Part shown: positions 18,467 to 27,997 of the stretch, one piece after another
Position numbering within the stretch: the stretch's first letter is position 1
Layout of the letters: every line of letters starts with the position of its first letter
Assembly (NCBI GenBank): GCA_002708145.1
Contig: PAOV01000017.1
Location: 51,398 to 93,584, forward strand
Length of the DNA stretch: 42,187 bases
Source: Chloroflexota bacterium
GTDB lineage: Bacteria; Chloroflexota; Dehalococcoidia; Lucifugimonadales; Lucifugimonadaceae
Direction of reading: 5' to 3'
Notes under the pieces: generated by a model
Seen by the model: the letters and a program-made list of their open reading frames with translations, nothing else
Databases searched by the model: none
Told to the model about the DNA's origin: nothing
Position numbers and translations under genes: made by a program

Positions 18467-19500
18467 AAAGTAAAAAAGATTCAAAAACATATTTGGAATC
18501 AGGAGTCGACTTAGTTAAAGCTAAAATTTTAAAAGAATCAATCAAAGATATTGCTGAATCTTCTTTTAATCAAAATGTAATTTCTGGGCCGGGAGCTTTT
18601 GGTGGAGTGTTTAATCATGATGATTCTGGGGACGATTATTTAGTATCAAGTACTGACGGAGTTGGAACTAAACTAAGAATTGCTAATTTATTAAATAGTC
18701 ATTTTACTGTTGGAGAAAGTATAGTAAATCATTGTATTAATGATATTTTGCCTGCGGGAGCCAGACCTTTATTTTTTTTAGATTATATAGGAGCTAATGG
18801 ATTTGACGCAGATAAAGTCCAAGAGATAGTGAAAGGTATTTCATATGCTTGTAAACAGGCTAATTGTGTTCTTTTAGGTGGAGAAACAGCCTCAATGCCA
18901 GATACATACAATAATGAAGATTATGATCTAGTTGGTTTTATTGTTGGAAAAGTAAAAAAAGTAAATTATTTATCACCTTCGAAAACAAAAGCAGGAGACT
19001 TGATTTTAGGATTACCTTCAAATGGGTTGCATACTAATGGATATTCTTTAGTAAGAAATATTTTTGATACAGAGAATAACCCTGATAATTTAAATGAGTT
19101 AGTTCCAAACACATATCAAAAATTAGGAGAAATACTTTTACTCCCACACAAAAGCTATTTGAGTGATCTATCTCCGATATTAAAAAAAATCAATGGACTT
19201 TCTCATATAACCGGGGGCGGATTCTTTAAAAATATACCAAGGTCAATAGACGAAAATTTATCAGCTGAAATAGAATTAAGTAGTTGGAAAACCCCGCCAA
19301 TATACGACTTTATTCAAGACCAAGGTAACGTTGATCTGGATGAAATGTATAGAGTCTTTAATATGGGAATTGGTATGGCGGTTATTATTAATCCAGATAA
19401 ATTTGATGAGATAAAGAAGCAGTTACCTGATTCAATTTTAATTGGGAAACTAGTAGAAAATTTCAATGAAAAAAACAATGTAAAATTAATTGGTTTGTAG
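18463..19500 (+). CDS. purM: Phosphoribosylformylglycinamidine cyclo-ligase (AIR synthetase)
   Basis: The protein is 345 aa with DGVGTK, GGETA.MP and GLHTNGYSL motifs. It overlaps purF by 4 nt (ATGA). Confidence 0.93.
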   Translation: MKSKKDSKTYLESGVDLVKAKILKESIKDIAESSFNQNVISGPGAFGGVFNHDDSGDDYLVSSTDGVGTKLRIANLLNSHFTVGESIVNHCINDILPAGARPLFFLDYIGANGFDADKVQEIVKGISYACKQANCVLLGGETASMPDTYNNEDYDLVGFIVGKVKKVNYLSPSKTKAGDLILGLPSNGLHTNGYSLVRNIFDTENNPDNLNELVPNTYQKLGEILLLPHKSYLSDLSPILKKINGLSHITGGGFFKNIPRSIDENLSAEIELSSWKTPPIYDFIQDQGNVDLDEMYRVFNMGIGMAVIINPDKFDEIKKQLPDSILIGKLVENFNEKNNVKLIGL

Positions 19501-19518
19501 AACGACAAGGAGGGTAAT

Positions 19519-21033
19519 TTGAGAGCTTTAATTTCTGTTTCCGATAAATATAATCTTAAATTTTTAGCTGAAGAATTTATGGATCTAGATATTGAAATTA
19601 TTAGTACTGGAGGTACAGCAAATCATCTTAGAGAATTAGGAGTAGAAGTTATAGATGTGAGTACGGTCACAGGTTTTCCGGAGATATTAGACGGTAGAGT
19701 TAAGACATTAAATCCTTTTATACACGGAGGTCTTTTAGCCAAAAATTCTGATCCAAATCATATAAATGAAATTAATAAATATGCCATAAAAAAAATTGAT
19801 ATTGTAATAAATAATTTATACCCATTTAATAAAACAATCTCTAACAAGGACATCGATATTAACAAAGCATTGGAGAATATAGATATAGGGGGACCAGCTA
19901 TGACTAGAGCTGCTGCAAAAAATTTTGAAGATGTTCTTATTGTGGTTGACCCTTTAGATTATGAAGAAGTTGTTAAGCAGATAAGAAACAAAAGTATTTC
20001 TTTAGATTATAGAAAACATCTAGCTTCAAAGGCGTTTCAACATACTGCCGCATATGATGCAAATATATCAAATTTTCTTGATAAAGAAGAATTAAGTTTT
20101 CCTAATGAACTGTCAATGACATGGAAAAAAATATCCTCTACAAGATATGGTGAAAATCCTCACCAGAAATCAGCAATATACTCTAACATTAATGAAAATC
20201 ATGGAGTAGTTAACTCAAAACTCCTTCATGGATTGGATATGTCATATCTTAATTATTTTGATGCTGATGCTGCATGGGAAATTGTTAATCAATACTCCAA
20301 TCATTGTGTCTCTATAATTAAACATGCAAATCCATGTGGATTATCTACTAACAAAAATCAAACCCAAGCTTATTTGAATGCTTTTTCTGGTGATAAAATA
20401 TCAGCCTTTGGTGGAATTGTAGGTTTTAACTCTAATGTAACTTACGATACTGCCTTAGCAATGAAAGACATACTATATGACGTAATTGTAGCTCCGGGAT
20501 ATGAAGATTCTGCGTTACAGCTATTAAAGCAAAGAAAACGTACAAGGATACTTGAAGTCTCAAGTACAAATAAGCATATTTTGCAAATTAAGAATATATC
20601 TGGTGGTATCATTGTTCAGGAAAAAGATAAAAAAATTGATAAATTTGAAGACTGGAAATGTGTAACTAAAGAAAGGCCTTCAAAAAAAAATATTATTGAT
20701 ATGGAATTTGCTTGGAAGGCATGTAAATATATTCATTCAAATGCAATAGTATTTGCTAAAGATCAAATGATTAAGGGAATGGGAGCCGGTCAACCAAACA
20801 GGGCTATAAGTGTTTATCTTGCAGGTAAAAATCTAAATAATAAGGATAAAAACTATGTGATGGCCAGTGATGCCTTTTTCCCTTTTCCAGATGGTATAGA
20901 ATTAGCCCACAGGTATGGTGCTTCTATAGTTATCCAGCCTGGAGGTTCTATTAATGATAAGAAAGTTATAGAATGTGCTGATAAACTAGGGTTAGTTATG
21001 ATGTTTACTAATACTAGGCATTTTCTACATTAG
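19519..21033 (+). CDS. purH: Bifunctional AICAR transformylase / IMP cyclohydrolase
   Basis: The start codon is TTG, preceded by AAGGAGGG. The MGS-like N-domain has RALISVSDK...STGGTA, and motifs include GRVKTLNP.IHGG, YGENPHQ and the C-terminal TRHF.H. Confidence 0.93.
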   Translation: MRALISVSDKYNLKFLAEEFMDLDIEIISTGGTANHLRELGVEVIDVSTVTGFPEILDGRVKTLNPFIHGGLLAKNSDPNHINEINKYAIKKIDIVINNLYPFNKTISNKDIDINKALENIDIGGPAMTRAAAKNFEDVLIVVDPLDYEEVVKQIRNKSISLDYRKHLASKAFQHTAAYDANISNFLDKEELSFPNELSMTWKKISSTRYGENPHQKSAIYSNINENHGVVNSKLLHGLDMSYLNYFDADAAWEIVNQYSNHCVSIIKHANPCGLSTNKNQTQAYLNAFSGDKISAFGGIVGFNSNVTYDTALAMKDILYDVIVAPGYEDSALQLLKQRKRTRILEVSSTNKHILQIKNISGGIIVQEKDKKIDKFEDWKCVTKERPSKKNIIDMEFAWKACKYIHSNAIVFAKDQMIKGMGAGQPNRAISVYLAGKNLNNKDKNYVMASDAFFPFPDGIELAHRYGASIVIQPGGSINDKKVIECADKLGLVMMFTNTRHFLH

Positions 21034-21040
21034 TTTTGTT

Positions 21041-21754
21041 ATGAGTAAGAAAAGTATAGATATAGTTATACCTGTTTTAAATGAAGAAAAGTCTCTACCC
21101 ATTTGTTTAAAAAAAATATTAAAATATATAAAAACTCACACACAATATAATTGGAGTATAATCATCGCTGATAATGGTTCTGTAGACTCAACCAATAAAA
21201 TAGCTAATTCATACTCTCAAAAATATAAAAATATTTCTCTGATTTCTTTATCTAAGCGAGGTAGAGGAAGAGCTCTGAAAAAAGCTTGGCTTTCATCAAA
21301 AGCTGATGTTAGTATGTATATGGATGTAGATTTATCTACTAGTCTTGAATTTACTATATCGTTAGCAGATGCAATTACGAAAAAAAATTATGATGTCGCA
21401 ATAGGTTCTAGGCTCCACAAAAAATCAAAAGTAATTGGTAGAACTCTCAAGCGAGAATTTACTTCTAGAGCATATAACCTATTAATACATATAATATTCC
21501 CATTTCCTGGTTTTAAAGATGCTCAGTGTGGATTTAAGGCTATCTCTAAAAATGTAAAGAAAAACCTTTTGCCTCAAATAAAAGATAATGAATGGTTTTT
21601 TGATACCGAATTATTATTGTTATCAAAAAAGCATAGGTATAGAATTTCAGAGATACCAGTGATATGGAAAGATGATCCAGACACCAGGGTAAAAGTAATT
21701 TCTACAGCATGGAAAGATATTAAAGGCCTACTTAGAGTAAGATTTAATTTTTAG
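21041..21754 (+). CDS. Family-2 glycosyltransferase (polyprenyl-phosphate sugar transferase-like)
   Basis: The protein is 237 aa with the GT-A motifs IVIPVLNEE, ADNGSVDST, DVDLST and QCGFK. Confidence 0.8.
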   Translation: MSKKSIDIVIPVLNEEKSLPICLKKILKYIKTHTQYNWSIIIADNGSVDSTNKIANSYSQKYKNISLISLSKRGRGRALKKAWLSSKADVSMYMDVDLSTSLEFTISLADAITKKNYDVAIGSRLHKKSKVIGRTLKREFTSRAYNLLIHIIFPFPGFKDAQCGFKAISKNVKKNLLPQIKDNEWFFDTELLLLSKKHRYRISEIPVIWKDDPDTRVKVISTAWKDIKGLLRVRFNF

Positions 21755-21792
21755 AAAAATCTCAGGTAACGTTTTATAAATAAAATATAAGT

Positions 21793-22884
21793 ATGACATC
21801 ATTAAATGATCAAGATAAATTTCAATCACCTTTTGTAACATATAATTCTGTAGTTACAGGTGCTACAGCTGATAACGAATTAACTAGATCAATGACAATT
21901 TTGAGGAATGAAGGTATAAACCCCTTAGTTGCCATAGAAATTGCTTCTGAATCTGATGGAGTTTTATGTGGAGTTACTGAAATACAAACTTGGCTAAGAG
22001 ATTGGTTATTTTCTTTACCAAAAAATACTAGAGGGCTTTGGTCTGTCCAAGAAGGTAGCGATATAAAAAAAGGAGAAGTAGTAGTAAGGATAGTTGGGCC
22101 ATATGCCTCTTTTGGTTTATATGAAACAGCAATATTAGGTGCTCTGTCATCATCTTCAGGTTGGGCAACTGCATCTAAAGAATGTGTTAAGGCTGCTAAG
22201 GATATTCCAGTTGTTTGTATGGGTGCTAGAAATATACATCCTCAAGTTGTTGGCATAATGGATTATTCAGCTAGAATAGGTGGTTGCGCAGCAACTTCTA
22301 CTGCAGTCGGCTCAGATTTACATGGAGGAACTCCATCTGGGACAATGCCACATTCTATGATTCTATTGTTTGGGGATACATTGAGAGCTGTTTTAGCTTT
22401 TGATAAACATATGGCTGCAGATGTCCCTAGAGTGGCACTTGTTGATACTTTTAGAGATGAAGCTCAAGAATCAGTAGAGATAGCTAGATCACTTAAGAGA
22501 AAATTAAGAGGAATTAGACTTGATACACCTAAGGAACGAGGTGGTGTTACACCAAGTATGGTTTTCGAAATTCAATCGAGATTAAGAAATGAAGGATTTG
22601 ATAATGTTGATATATATGTTAGTGGAGGTTTAAATCCAGAAAGAATAGCTGAATTTGTAGAAAGTAATGCACCTGTTATTGGCTTTGGAGTAGGGAATTT
22701 TATCGCATCTGCAAGCCCTTTATCATTCACCGCAGATATAAAAGCAATACAATCTGACAAATTGAAATCTGATTTTAGTAATGTAGATGATGTTGATCAA
22801 ATCATAGAAAATTTTATACCTATTTCAAAAAGAGGTAGACTACCTGGACTTACAAATAACAATAAGTTAATTAGGTTATTTTAA
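21793..22884 (+). CDS. Nicotinate phosphoribosyltransferase-like enzyme (type II PRTase fold)
   Basis: The protein is 363 aa. GTMPHSMILLFGD, VALVDTF and GIRLDTP match the archaeal/short NAPRTase-QAPRTase superfamily. Confidence 0.7.
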   Translation: MTSLNDQDKFQSPFVTYNSVVTGATADNELTRSMTILRNEGINPLVAIEIASESDGVLCGVTEIQTWLRDWLFSLPKNTRGLWSVQEGSDIKKGEVVVRIVGPYASFGLYETAILGALSSSSGWATASKECVKAAKDIPVVCMGARNIHPQVVGIMDYSARIGGCAATSTAVGSDLHGGTPSGTMPHSMILLFGDTLRAVLAFDKHMAADVPRVALVDTFRDEAQESVEIARSLKRKLRGIRLDTPKERGGVTPSMVFEIQSRLRNEGFDNVDIYVSGGLNPERIAEFVESNAPVIGFGVGNFIASASPLSFTADIKAIQSDKLKSDFSNVDDVDQIIENFIPISKRGRLPGLTNNNKLIRLF

Positions 22885-24300
22885 TTTACTTAAGATTAGT
22901 TTTATTGCGTGAGAATCCGAATTATTAACTTTTGCCCACTCCGCAATCCTTAGGCCAATTATCCATAAAATCCCGTTTTCATTTTCTAATACTATTGTTT
23001 TTTGTCTGTGTCGCTTTGGTAAGTTTTGGCTCCTTAAAAAATTATATGCATTTACTTCTTTGTCCATTCCTAGAGGTCTAAAAACATCATTTTCTGCAAT
23101 CGTTCTTAATTTAATTAAATTTAATGAAATATCAGTAGACACATATATTGCCATCTGGTCATAGTTAGGAAATATATTAGGATATTTTTTAATTTCTGCA
23201 CTCAAAGAGTAGTTAATATTTGGAAAATTCATGATACTCATTTTTTTTAGCTTAGGATATTTAAATTTAGTAAATTTATTGCTAGTTATTTCTTCTTTTT
23301 TTAAAATATTGAATTCATCTGAAAATACAAATTTATCCTTATCTATATAAAGAATAATTTTTCCAGGTAAATTTATTTTTTTCCCGCTATTTCCATATAA
23401 TAAGTTTGATATTTTTTTTATATGTCTATTTCCTAAACTACCTTTATGAGAATAGTTTTCTGACCAAATTTTCATTATGATTTTTGCAGTGAGATCAATA
23501 GGTAAGGAATATAGTATATCTCTCTTAAAGATATTTTTTTTTGTGGTGATAATTTTTTTATAAAATTTTTCTGTAACCCAGTCTAATATTTTTATTTCAG
23601 ATTCTAAATTTTTTGTTAGTTTGAAAATATTTTCAATGCTCTTATTTGAAATTTTCATAAGTTCAGGAACTACATCTAATCTAATCTTGTTTCTTGTATA
23701 AATTTTTTTTCGATTAGAGAAATCAATTATAGGATTTATATTATTAATATCACAATAATTAATGCATTGAAATTTTCTAATACCTAACATTGGTCTAAAA
23801 ATTTTTATTGAATTATTTTTTGAAATTTTTTTCATACCAGATATTCCAAGAATTCCAGACCCTCTAATAGAATTATGAATTACAGTTTCTGCTTGATCGT
23901 CCATTGTATGTCCAACAAATACTATATTTGAATTTAATTTTTTTGCCATATATGAAAAAAAATTATATCTTTCATTTCTTCCCGCTAGCTCGATTGAAAT
24001 TTTTTCTTTTTTTGCAATTTCTGGGATATCGATTTTAAGAGATATAAATTCCAAAGATAGTTTTTTACATATTTCTCTAGATTTTTCTTCAAATAAATCA
24101 GCATTTTTCTCTATTGAATGATTGAGATGTAATGCAAAAATTTTTTTAGTACCATGCGTAAAGAAATTTTTCAATCCTAACAATAAAGCTGTAGAGTCTG
24201 GTCCGCCAGAAAAACCTACTAAAATATTTTCTCCAATCTCGTGAATATTTTCCTTTAGGCTTTCTGAAAATATTTTAAAAAAAATTGAATTATCATTCAT
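22876..24300 (-). CDS. tilS: tRNA(Ile)-lysidine synthetase
   Basis: The protein is 474 aa with the PP-loop VGFSGGPDSTALL, followed by HLNH and GHTMDDQAETV. Confidence 0.88.
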   Translation of the reverse strand: MNDNSIFFKIFSESLKENIHEIGENILVGFSGGPDSTALLLGLKNFFTHGTKKIFALHLNHSIEKNADLFEEKSREICKKLSLEFISLKIDIPEIAKKEKISIELAGRNERYNFFSYMAKKLNSNIVFVGHTMDDQAETVIHNSIRGSGILGISGMKKISKNNSIKIFRPMLGIRKFQCINYCDINNINPIIDFSNRKKIYTRNKIRLDVVPELMKISNKSIENIFKLTKNLESEIKILDWVTEKFYKKIITTKKNIFKRDILYSLPIDLTAKIIMKIWSENYSHKGSLGNRHIKKISNLLYGNSGKKINLPGKIILYIDKDKFVFSDEFNILKKEEITSNKFTKFKYPKLKKMSIMNFPNINYSLSAEIKKYPNIFPNYDQMAIYVSTDISLNLIKLRTIAENDVFRPLGMDKEVNAYNFLRSQNLPKRHRQKTIVLENENGILWIIGLRIAEWAKVNNSDSHAIKLILSKLK

Positions 24301-24302
24301 AT

Positions 24303-25595
24303 TTAATCAATTTTTGTGGAACTAATTTTTGCTTCGGAAACTTTTGTGATTCTAATACTAGTAATCTTTGAATCATCCATTTCATTTATTTCCATTCTAA
24401 GATTATTGAAATTAATTTTTGCACCAAGCGTAGGTATTATTTGAGCATTATCTAGAAAAAATCCAGCTAAAGTTTCATAATCTCCCTCAGGAATTTCTAA
24501 TTCTAGCTCATCATTAATATCATCTATATTTATACTACCGTCTACAACAAATGTGTTTTCATTTATTGATATATAGTTTTTTTCTATTCTTTCCCCTTCT
24601 TCACTAGATTTTCCTACAATTTTTTCTACCAACTTACTTTGAGTAATTAAACCTGAAATACCTCCGAACTCATCAATTACAAGAGCTATTTTGTGCCCGA
24701 ATTTTTGCATTTCTTCGAATAAATCATCTAATTGTTTGGTTTCAGGAATAAAATAAGTTTTTCTCATTAATTTTGTTACAATTTGTTCTGCAGGAGAAGA
24801 CTTCCTAGGTATCTTTCCTATAATATCTTTAACTGACAATATACCTACTACGTTATCTTGGTCATCTTCAAATACTGGAAATCTTGTATGAGGATTACTA
24901 TTATATATATTCATGAATTCGCTAAAATTTGTATTTGTCTTAATCCAAATTATTTCTGTCCTTGGAGTCATTAAGTCGCGGACTTCCATCTCACTAAACT
25001 TAAATATATTGTCTAACATTTCTCCTTTAGATTCCTCTACTGTTCCTTCAGCTTCTCCCAAATCAATGAGAGTTCTAAGTTCTGATTCTGTAACTATAGG
25101 TTTCGTAAGAGTATCTTTACCACCAAGAATATTAATTATGATTTTTGGAAATAAGGTAAAAATAAATACTAATGGCCATGTAATATTTATAAGTATATTA
25201 ACTACTCTAGCATTCCTCAAGGCTATAGATTCAGATGACAATACAGCCAGTGTTTTTGGAGTAAGTTCACCTATTATTACGATAAGAATAGTACTTATAA
25301 CTGTTGCTACAATAGTCGAGGTGATTGTAGGGTTTCCTCCTCCTATTGTAGAGATTGCAAGTGTAGTACCAACTGATGCCACAACAACATTAAACATATT
25401 TCCTAGTAGCAAAATTGTTCCAAAAAATTGTTCGTAATTGTTAAGAATTTTTATTACAGATTTAGCCCTTGAATCTCCTTCTTCAAGAAGATTTTCTATC
25501 TTGTATCTATTTGAGTCTAAAATTGCTGCTTCTGTAGCACTTATAAATGCGCTACCTATAAGCCCAGTCAAAATAATTATTATTGATATGGTCAA
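24303..25595 (-). CDS. CNNM/HlyC/CorC-family transporter (DUF21 membrane domain, CBS pair and CorC_HlyC domain)
   Basis: The protein is 430 aa. The N-terminus has four transmembrane helices. CBS-pair motifs are VRDLMTPR and HTRFPVF..D.DNVVGIL. The C-terminus has the TLAGF transporter-associated domain. Confidence 0.85.
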   Translation of the reverse strand: MTISIIIILTGLIGSAFISATEAAILDSNRYKIENLLEEGDSRAKSVIKILNNYEQFFGTILLLGNMFNVVVASVGTTLAISTIGGGNPTITSTIVATVISTILIVIIGELTPKTLAVLSSESIALRNARVVNILINITWPLVFIFTLFPKIIINILGGKDTLTKPIVTESELRTLIDLGEAEGTVEESKGEMLDNIFKFSEMEVRDLMTPRTEIIWIKTNTNFSEFMNIYNSNPHTRFPVFEDDQDNVVGILSVKDIIGKIPRKSSPAEQIVTKLMRKTYFIPETKQLDDLFEEMQKFGHKIALVIDEFGGISGLITQSKLVEKIVGKSSEEGERIEKNYISINENTFVVDGSINIDDINDELELEIPEGDYETLAGFFLDNAQIIPTLGAKINFNNLRMEINEMDDSKITSIRITKVSEAKISSTKID

Positions 25596-25673
25596 TTATT
25601 CACCAAGAATTAATATTACATAAATTATGATTATTTCATTCTACAATTAATTCCATTACTTTATCTATATTTT

Positions 25674-26699
25674 TTAGGATTCTTCAGAATTTCGAATTGT
25701 TTCTTCAATTTCTTTTCTGATATCTGTATTGTCTCTCAAAAAAATTCGCGCAGCTTCTCTACCTTGCCCTAACCTAGTCTCATTATAAGAGTAAAAAGCA
25801 CCACTTTTCTTTATTAGATTTCTTTCAGTACCGATGTCAAGTATACTTCCTTCTTTACTTATTCCTGAATCGTACAAAATTTCCATTTCAGCTTTTTTGA
25901 AAGGTGCTGCAACTTTATTTTTTACTACTCTTGCCCTTACTCTATTTCCGATTATTTCAGTACCTACTTTTATTGCTTCAGTTTTTCTTAGATCTATTCT
26001 TACCGAACTATAAAATTTCAATGCTCTTCCTCCAGGAGTAGTTTCTGGATTTCCAAAAATCACTCCTACTTTTTCTCTTAGTTGGTTGATAAATATGCAT
26101 ACAGTATCTGTTTTATGAATTATAGATGTTAGTTTTCTAAGTGCTTTTGACATTAACCTGGCCTGCAATCCAACTTGCATATCTCCCATGTTCCCCTCAA
26201 TCTCAGCATTTGGTACAAGAGCAGCTACACTATCAACAACTATAATATCTAATGCTCCACTCCTGATGAGATACTCTGTGATTTCTAGTGCTTGTTCTGC
26301 AGAATCTGGCTGTGAGATTAGTAGTTTGTCCGTGTCTACTCCAATTTTTTTTGCGTAATTAGGATCCATCGCATGTTCTATATCTATAAATGCAGCTTGA
26401 CCACCCTTTTGTTGAGCCTCAGCTACTGCAGACATAGCCAATGTTGACTTACCAGCAGATTCAGCTCCGAATATTTCTATTATTCTCCCCCTAGGTAGCC
26501 CCCCAATACCCAATGCAGTATCCAGTGTTAATGAACCTGTAGAGATTGATTTTATCTGCTCAGATGTACCTTGGTCTCCTAAACGCATAACTGCGCCTTT
26601 TCCGAAAGATTTTTCAATTTGAGCAAGCGCTATTTCTAGTGTGTTATCTTTTTCTTTTTCATTCATTGGTTTTAAAATATCTAATTTTTTTGTGGCCAT
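25674..26699 (-). CDS. recA: Recombinase RecA
   Basis: The protein is 341 aa with Walker [29 protein letters not shown], and L1/L2 loop motifs including [15 protein letters not shown]. An AAGGAAG Shine-Dalgarno-like sequence lies upstream. Confidence 0.97.
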   Translation of the reverse strand: MATKKLDILKPMNEKEKDNTLEIALAQIEKSFGKGAVMRLGDQGTSEQIKSISTGSLTLDTALGIGGLPRGRIIEIFGAESAGKSTLAMSAVAEAQQKGGQAAFIDIEHAMDPNYAKKIGVDTDKLLISQPDSAEQALEITEYLIRSGALDIIVVDSVAALVPNAEIEGNMGDMQVGLQARLMSKALRKLTSIIHKTDTVCIFINQLREKVGVIFGNPETTPGGRALKFYSSVRIDLRKTEAIKVGTEIIGNRVRARVVKNKVAAPFKKAEMEILYDSGISKEGSILDIGTERNLIKKSGAFYSYNETRLGQGREAARIFLRDNTDIRKEIEETIRNSEES

Positions 26700-26738
26700 T
26701 TGACTTCCTTTATAGTAAATAAAAATTTTATATTTTAA

Positions 26739-26766
26739 ATATTAGCACATTTGTTCTATTATTCAA
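26739..26766 (-). promoter_or_regulatory. Candidate recA promoter TTGAAT-16 nt-TAATAT
   Basis: On the minus strand, the -35 TTGAAT is at 26766-26761 and the -10 TAATAT is at 26744-26739. This lies about 40 nt upstream of the recA ATG. A second TTGACA at 26780-26775 has no well-spaced -10. Confidence 0.4.
26744..26757 (-). promoter_or_regulatory. Near-palindromic AGAAC-AAAT-GTGCT box, a LexA/Cheo-box-like candidate operator of recA
   Basis: On the minus strand it reads AGAACAAATGTGCT, one mismatch from AGAAC-N4-GTTCT. It lies in the promoter spacer, and its last T is the first base of the -10. This is the same register as the box at 934-947. Confidence 0.4.
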
Positions 26767-26810
26767 AATACATATGTCAAACAGTCTTTAGTGAGTTTAT
26801 ATGTTTATTA

Positions 26811-27953
26811 TTATCTTTTTCCTAATACTACTTCTAGGGTAATATTGCTTTTATTTCTTATAATGCCAAGTTTAATTTTTTCTCCTGGAGAAGTGTATAA
26901 AGCTAAATAACCTACCAAATCATCCATAGAGTTTATTTTTTCTTCATTTACTGAGGTTATTATATCCCCGTCCCAACTTTCATTATTAAAACTACCGGTA
27001 TCATGTAATAATCCTGCTTCATCACTGGGTCCATCAACTTCAATGTCAGTAATGTAAGCTCCAGTAATAGATCTATCTACTCCGGTACCTTGCCTAATAT
27101 CTACATTTAAATCTGTTCCAGAAATTCCTAGTAATGGATAATCATGTTTTCCATAAATAATTATTGATTTTACAACTTTTTCAATTAAATCACTTGGTAC
27201 TGCAAATCCAACACCTGAAAAAGAGCCAGATTCACTGATTATTTGAGTATTCATGCCAATTATTTTTCCTGATTTATCAAGTAGCGGTCCGCCTGAATTA
27301 CCAGGATTAATTGCAGCATCTGTTTGTAATACTGCAGGAATACTATATGTAGAAAACCCACTTAATTTTGTTCTGCCAACACCGCTAATTATCCCAGTTG
27401 TTATAGTAAATTGTTCGCCGAATGGATTTCCTAACGCTATTGCAGTTTGCCCAGGCTTTACTTTGTGAGATTTCCCAAAAATTAAAGGTTCTATTTTATG
27501 TTCAAGATCATCAATTTTCAATACCGCAATATCTGAAGGGGGATCTGATCCAACAATAGCAGCTTCATATTCCATTCCGTTGTAAAATTTTATAACGATT
27601 TTTTCAGCATTATTTATAACATGAAAATTTGTAATTATGTGACCTGATTCATCCCATACAAAACCTGAACCGCTTCCTGACCCCATTTGATTATCTGTTT
27701 TTATGTATACAACAGAATTAATTGTACCTTCAAAGATTTCTGAAAAATATTCATCTAAAATTGGAATTTCATTATCATTATTTTCTTCTAATATATTTTC
27801 TTCTAATATATTTTCTTCTAATATATTTTCTTCTAATATATTTTCTTCGGAATCAGATAAAATCTCATTAGAATAACAAGATACTAATAATCCTAAACTC
27901 ATAAGTAAAATTATTATTATTGATACATTTTTAATAATTATTTTTTCTTTCAT
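26811..27953 (-). CDS. htrA: HtrA/DegP-family trypsin-like serine protease with a C-terminal PDZ domain, probably a lipoprotein
   Basis: I chose the start at ATG 27953 (MKEKIIIKN...). The longer ORF from 28013 would overlap nadE. Features are the lipobox LLVSC, the catalytic His ITNFHV, Asp DIAVLK, Ser GNSGGPL, and a PDZ-like C-terminus. Confidence 0.85.
   Translation of the reverse strand: MKEKIIIKNVSIIIILLMSLGLLVSCYSNEILSDSEENILEENILEENILEENILEENNDNEIPILDEYFSEIFEGTINSVVYIKTDNQMGSGSGSGFVWDESGHIITNFHVINNAEKIVIKFYNGMEYEAAIVGSDPPSDIAVLKIDDLEHKIEPLIFGKSHKVKPGQTAIALGNPFGEQFTITTGIISGVGRTKLSGFSTYSIPAVLQTDAAINPGNSGGPLLDKSGKIIGMNTQIISESGSFSGVGFAVPSDLIEKVVKSIIIYGKHDYPLLGISGTDLNVDIRQGTGVDRSITGAYITDIEVDGPSDEAGLLHDTGSFNNESWDGDIITSVNEEKINSMDDLVGYLALYTSPGEKIKLGIIRNKSNITLEVVLGKR
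27781..27848. repeat. Perfect 15-bp tandem repeat (ttttcttctaatata, 4 copies plus 8 nt), in-frame within htrA, encoding (EENIL)n
   Basis: Read directly. The four units at 27781-27840 are identical and are followed by a partial fifth. The protein segment reads SEENILEENILEENILEENILEEN and follows the lipobox. Confidence 0.95.
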
Positions 27954-27997
27954 AGTTATATTATAAATTAAAAGATGCCAAAAAATGTTAAGAAATT

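Noticed and set aside
24913-25437. A 174-aa plus-strand ORF, together with similar track ORFs at 401-598, 1446-1718, 2028-2228, 3002-3211, 3581-3811, 6513-7086, 8356-8631, 10617-10805, 11475-11657, 12999-13355, 13328-13854, 19314-19508, 22572-22760, 25438-25623, 27253-27468, 31334-32020, 32949-33149, 34739-35515, 35890-37128, 37504-37749, 39032-39307, 40413-40702 and 41848-42103.
   Set aside because: All of these lie antisense to, or out of frame within, confidently identified conserved genes. Their sequences are low-complexity (runs of S, F, I, L) with no recognisable motifs. They behave like the shadow ORFs expected in biased-composition DNA.
27781-27848. CRISPR-like regular repeats. I asked the same question for 42104-42187.
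   Set aside because: The units are contiguous (15 and 18 bp, with no spacers), in frame inside coding sequences, and no cas genes are present. They are coding tandem repeats.
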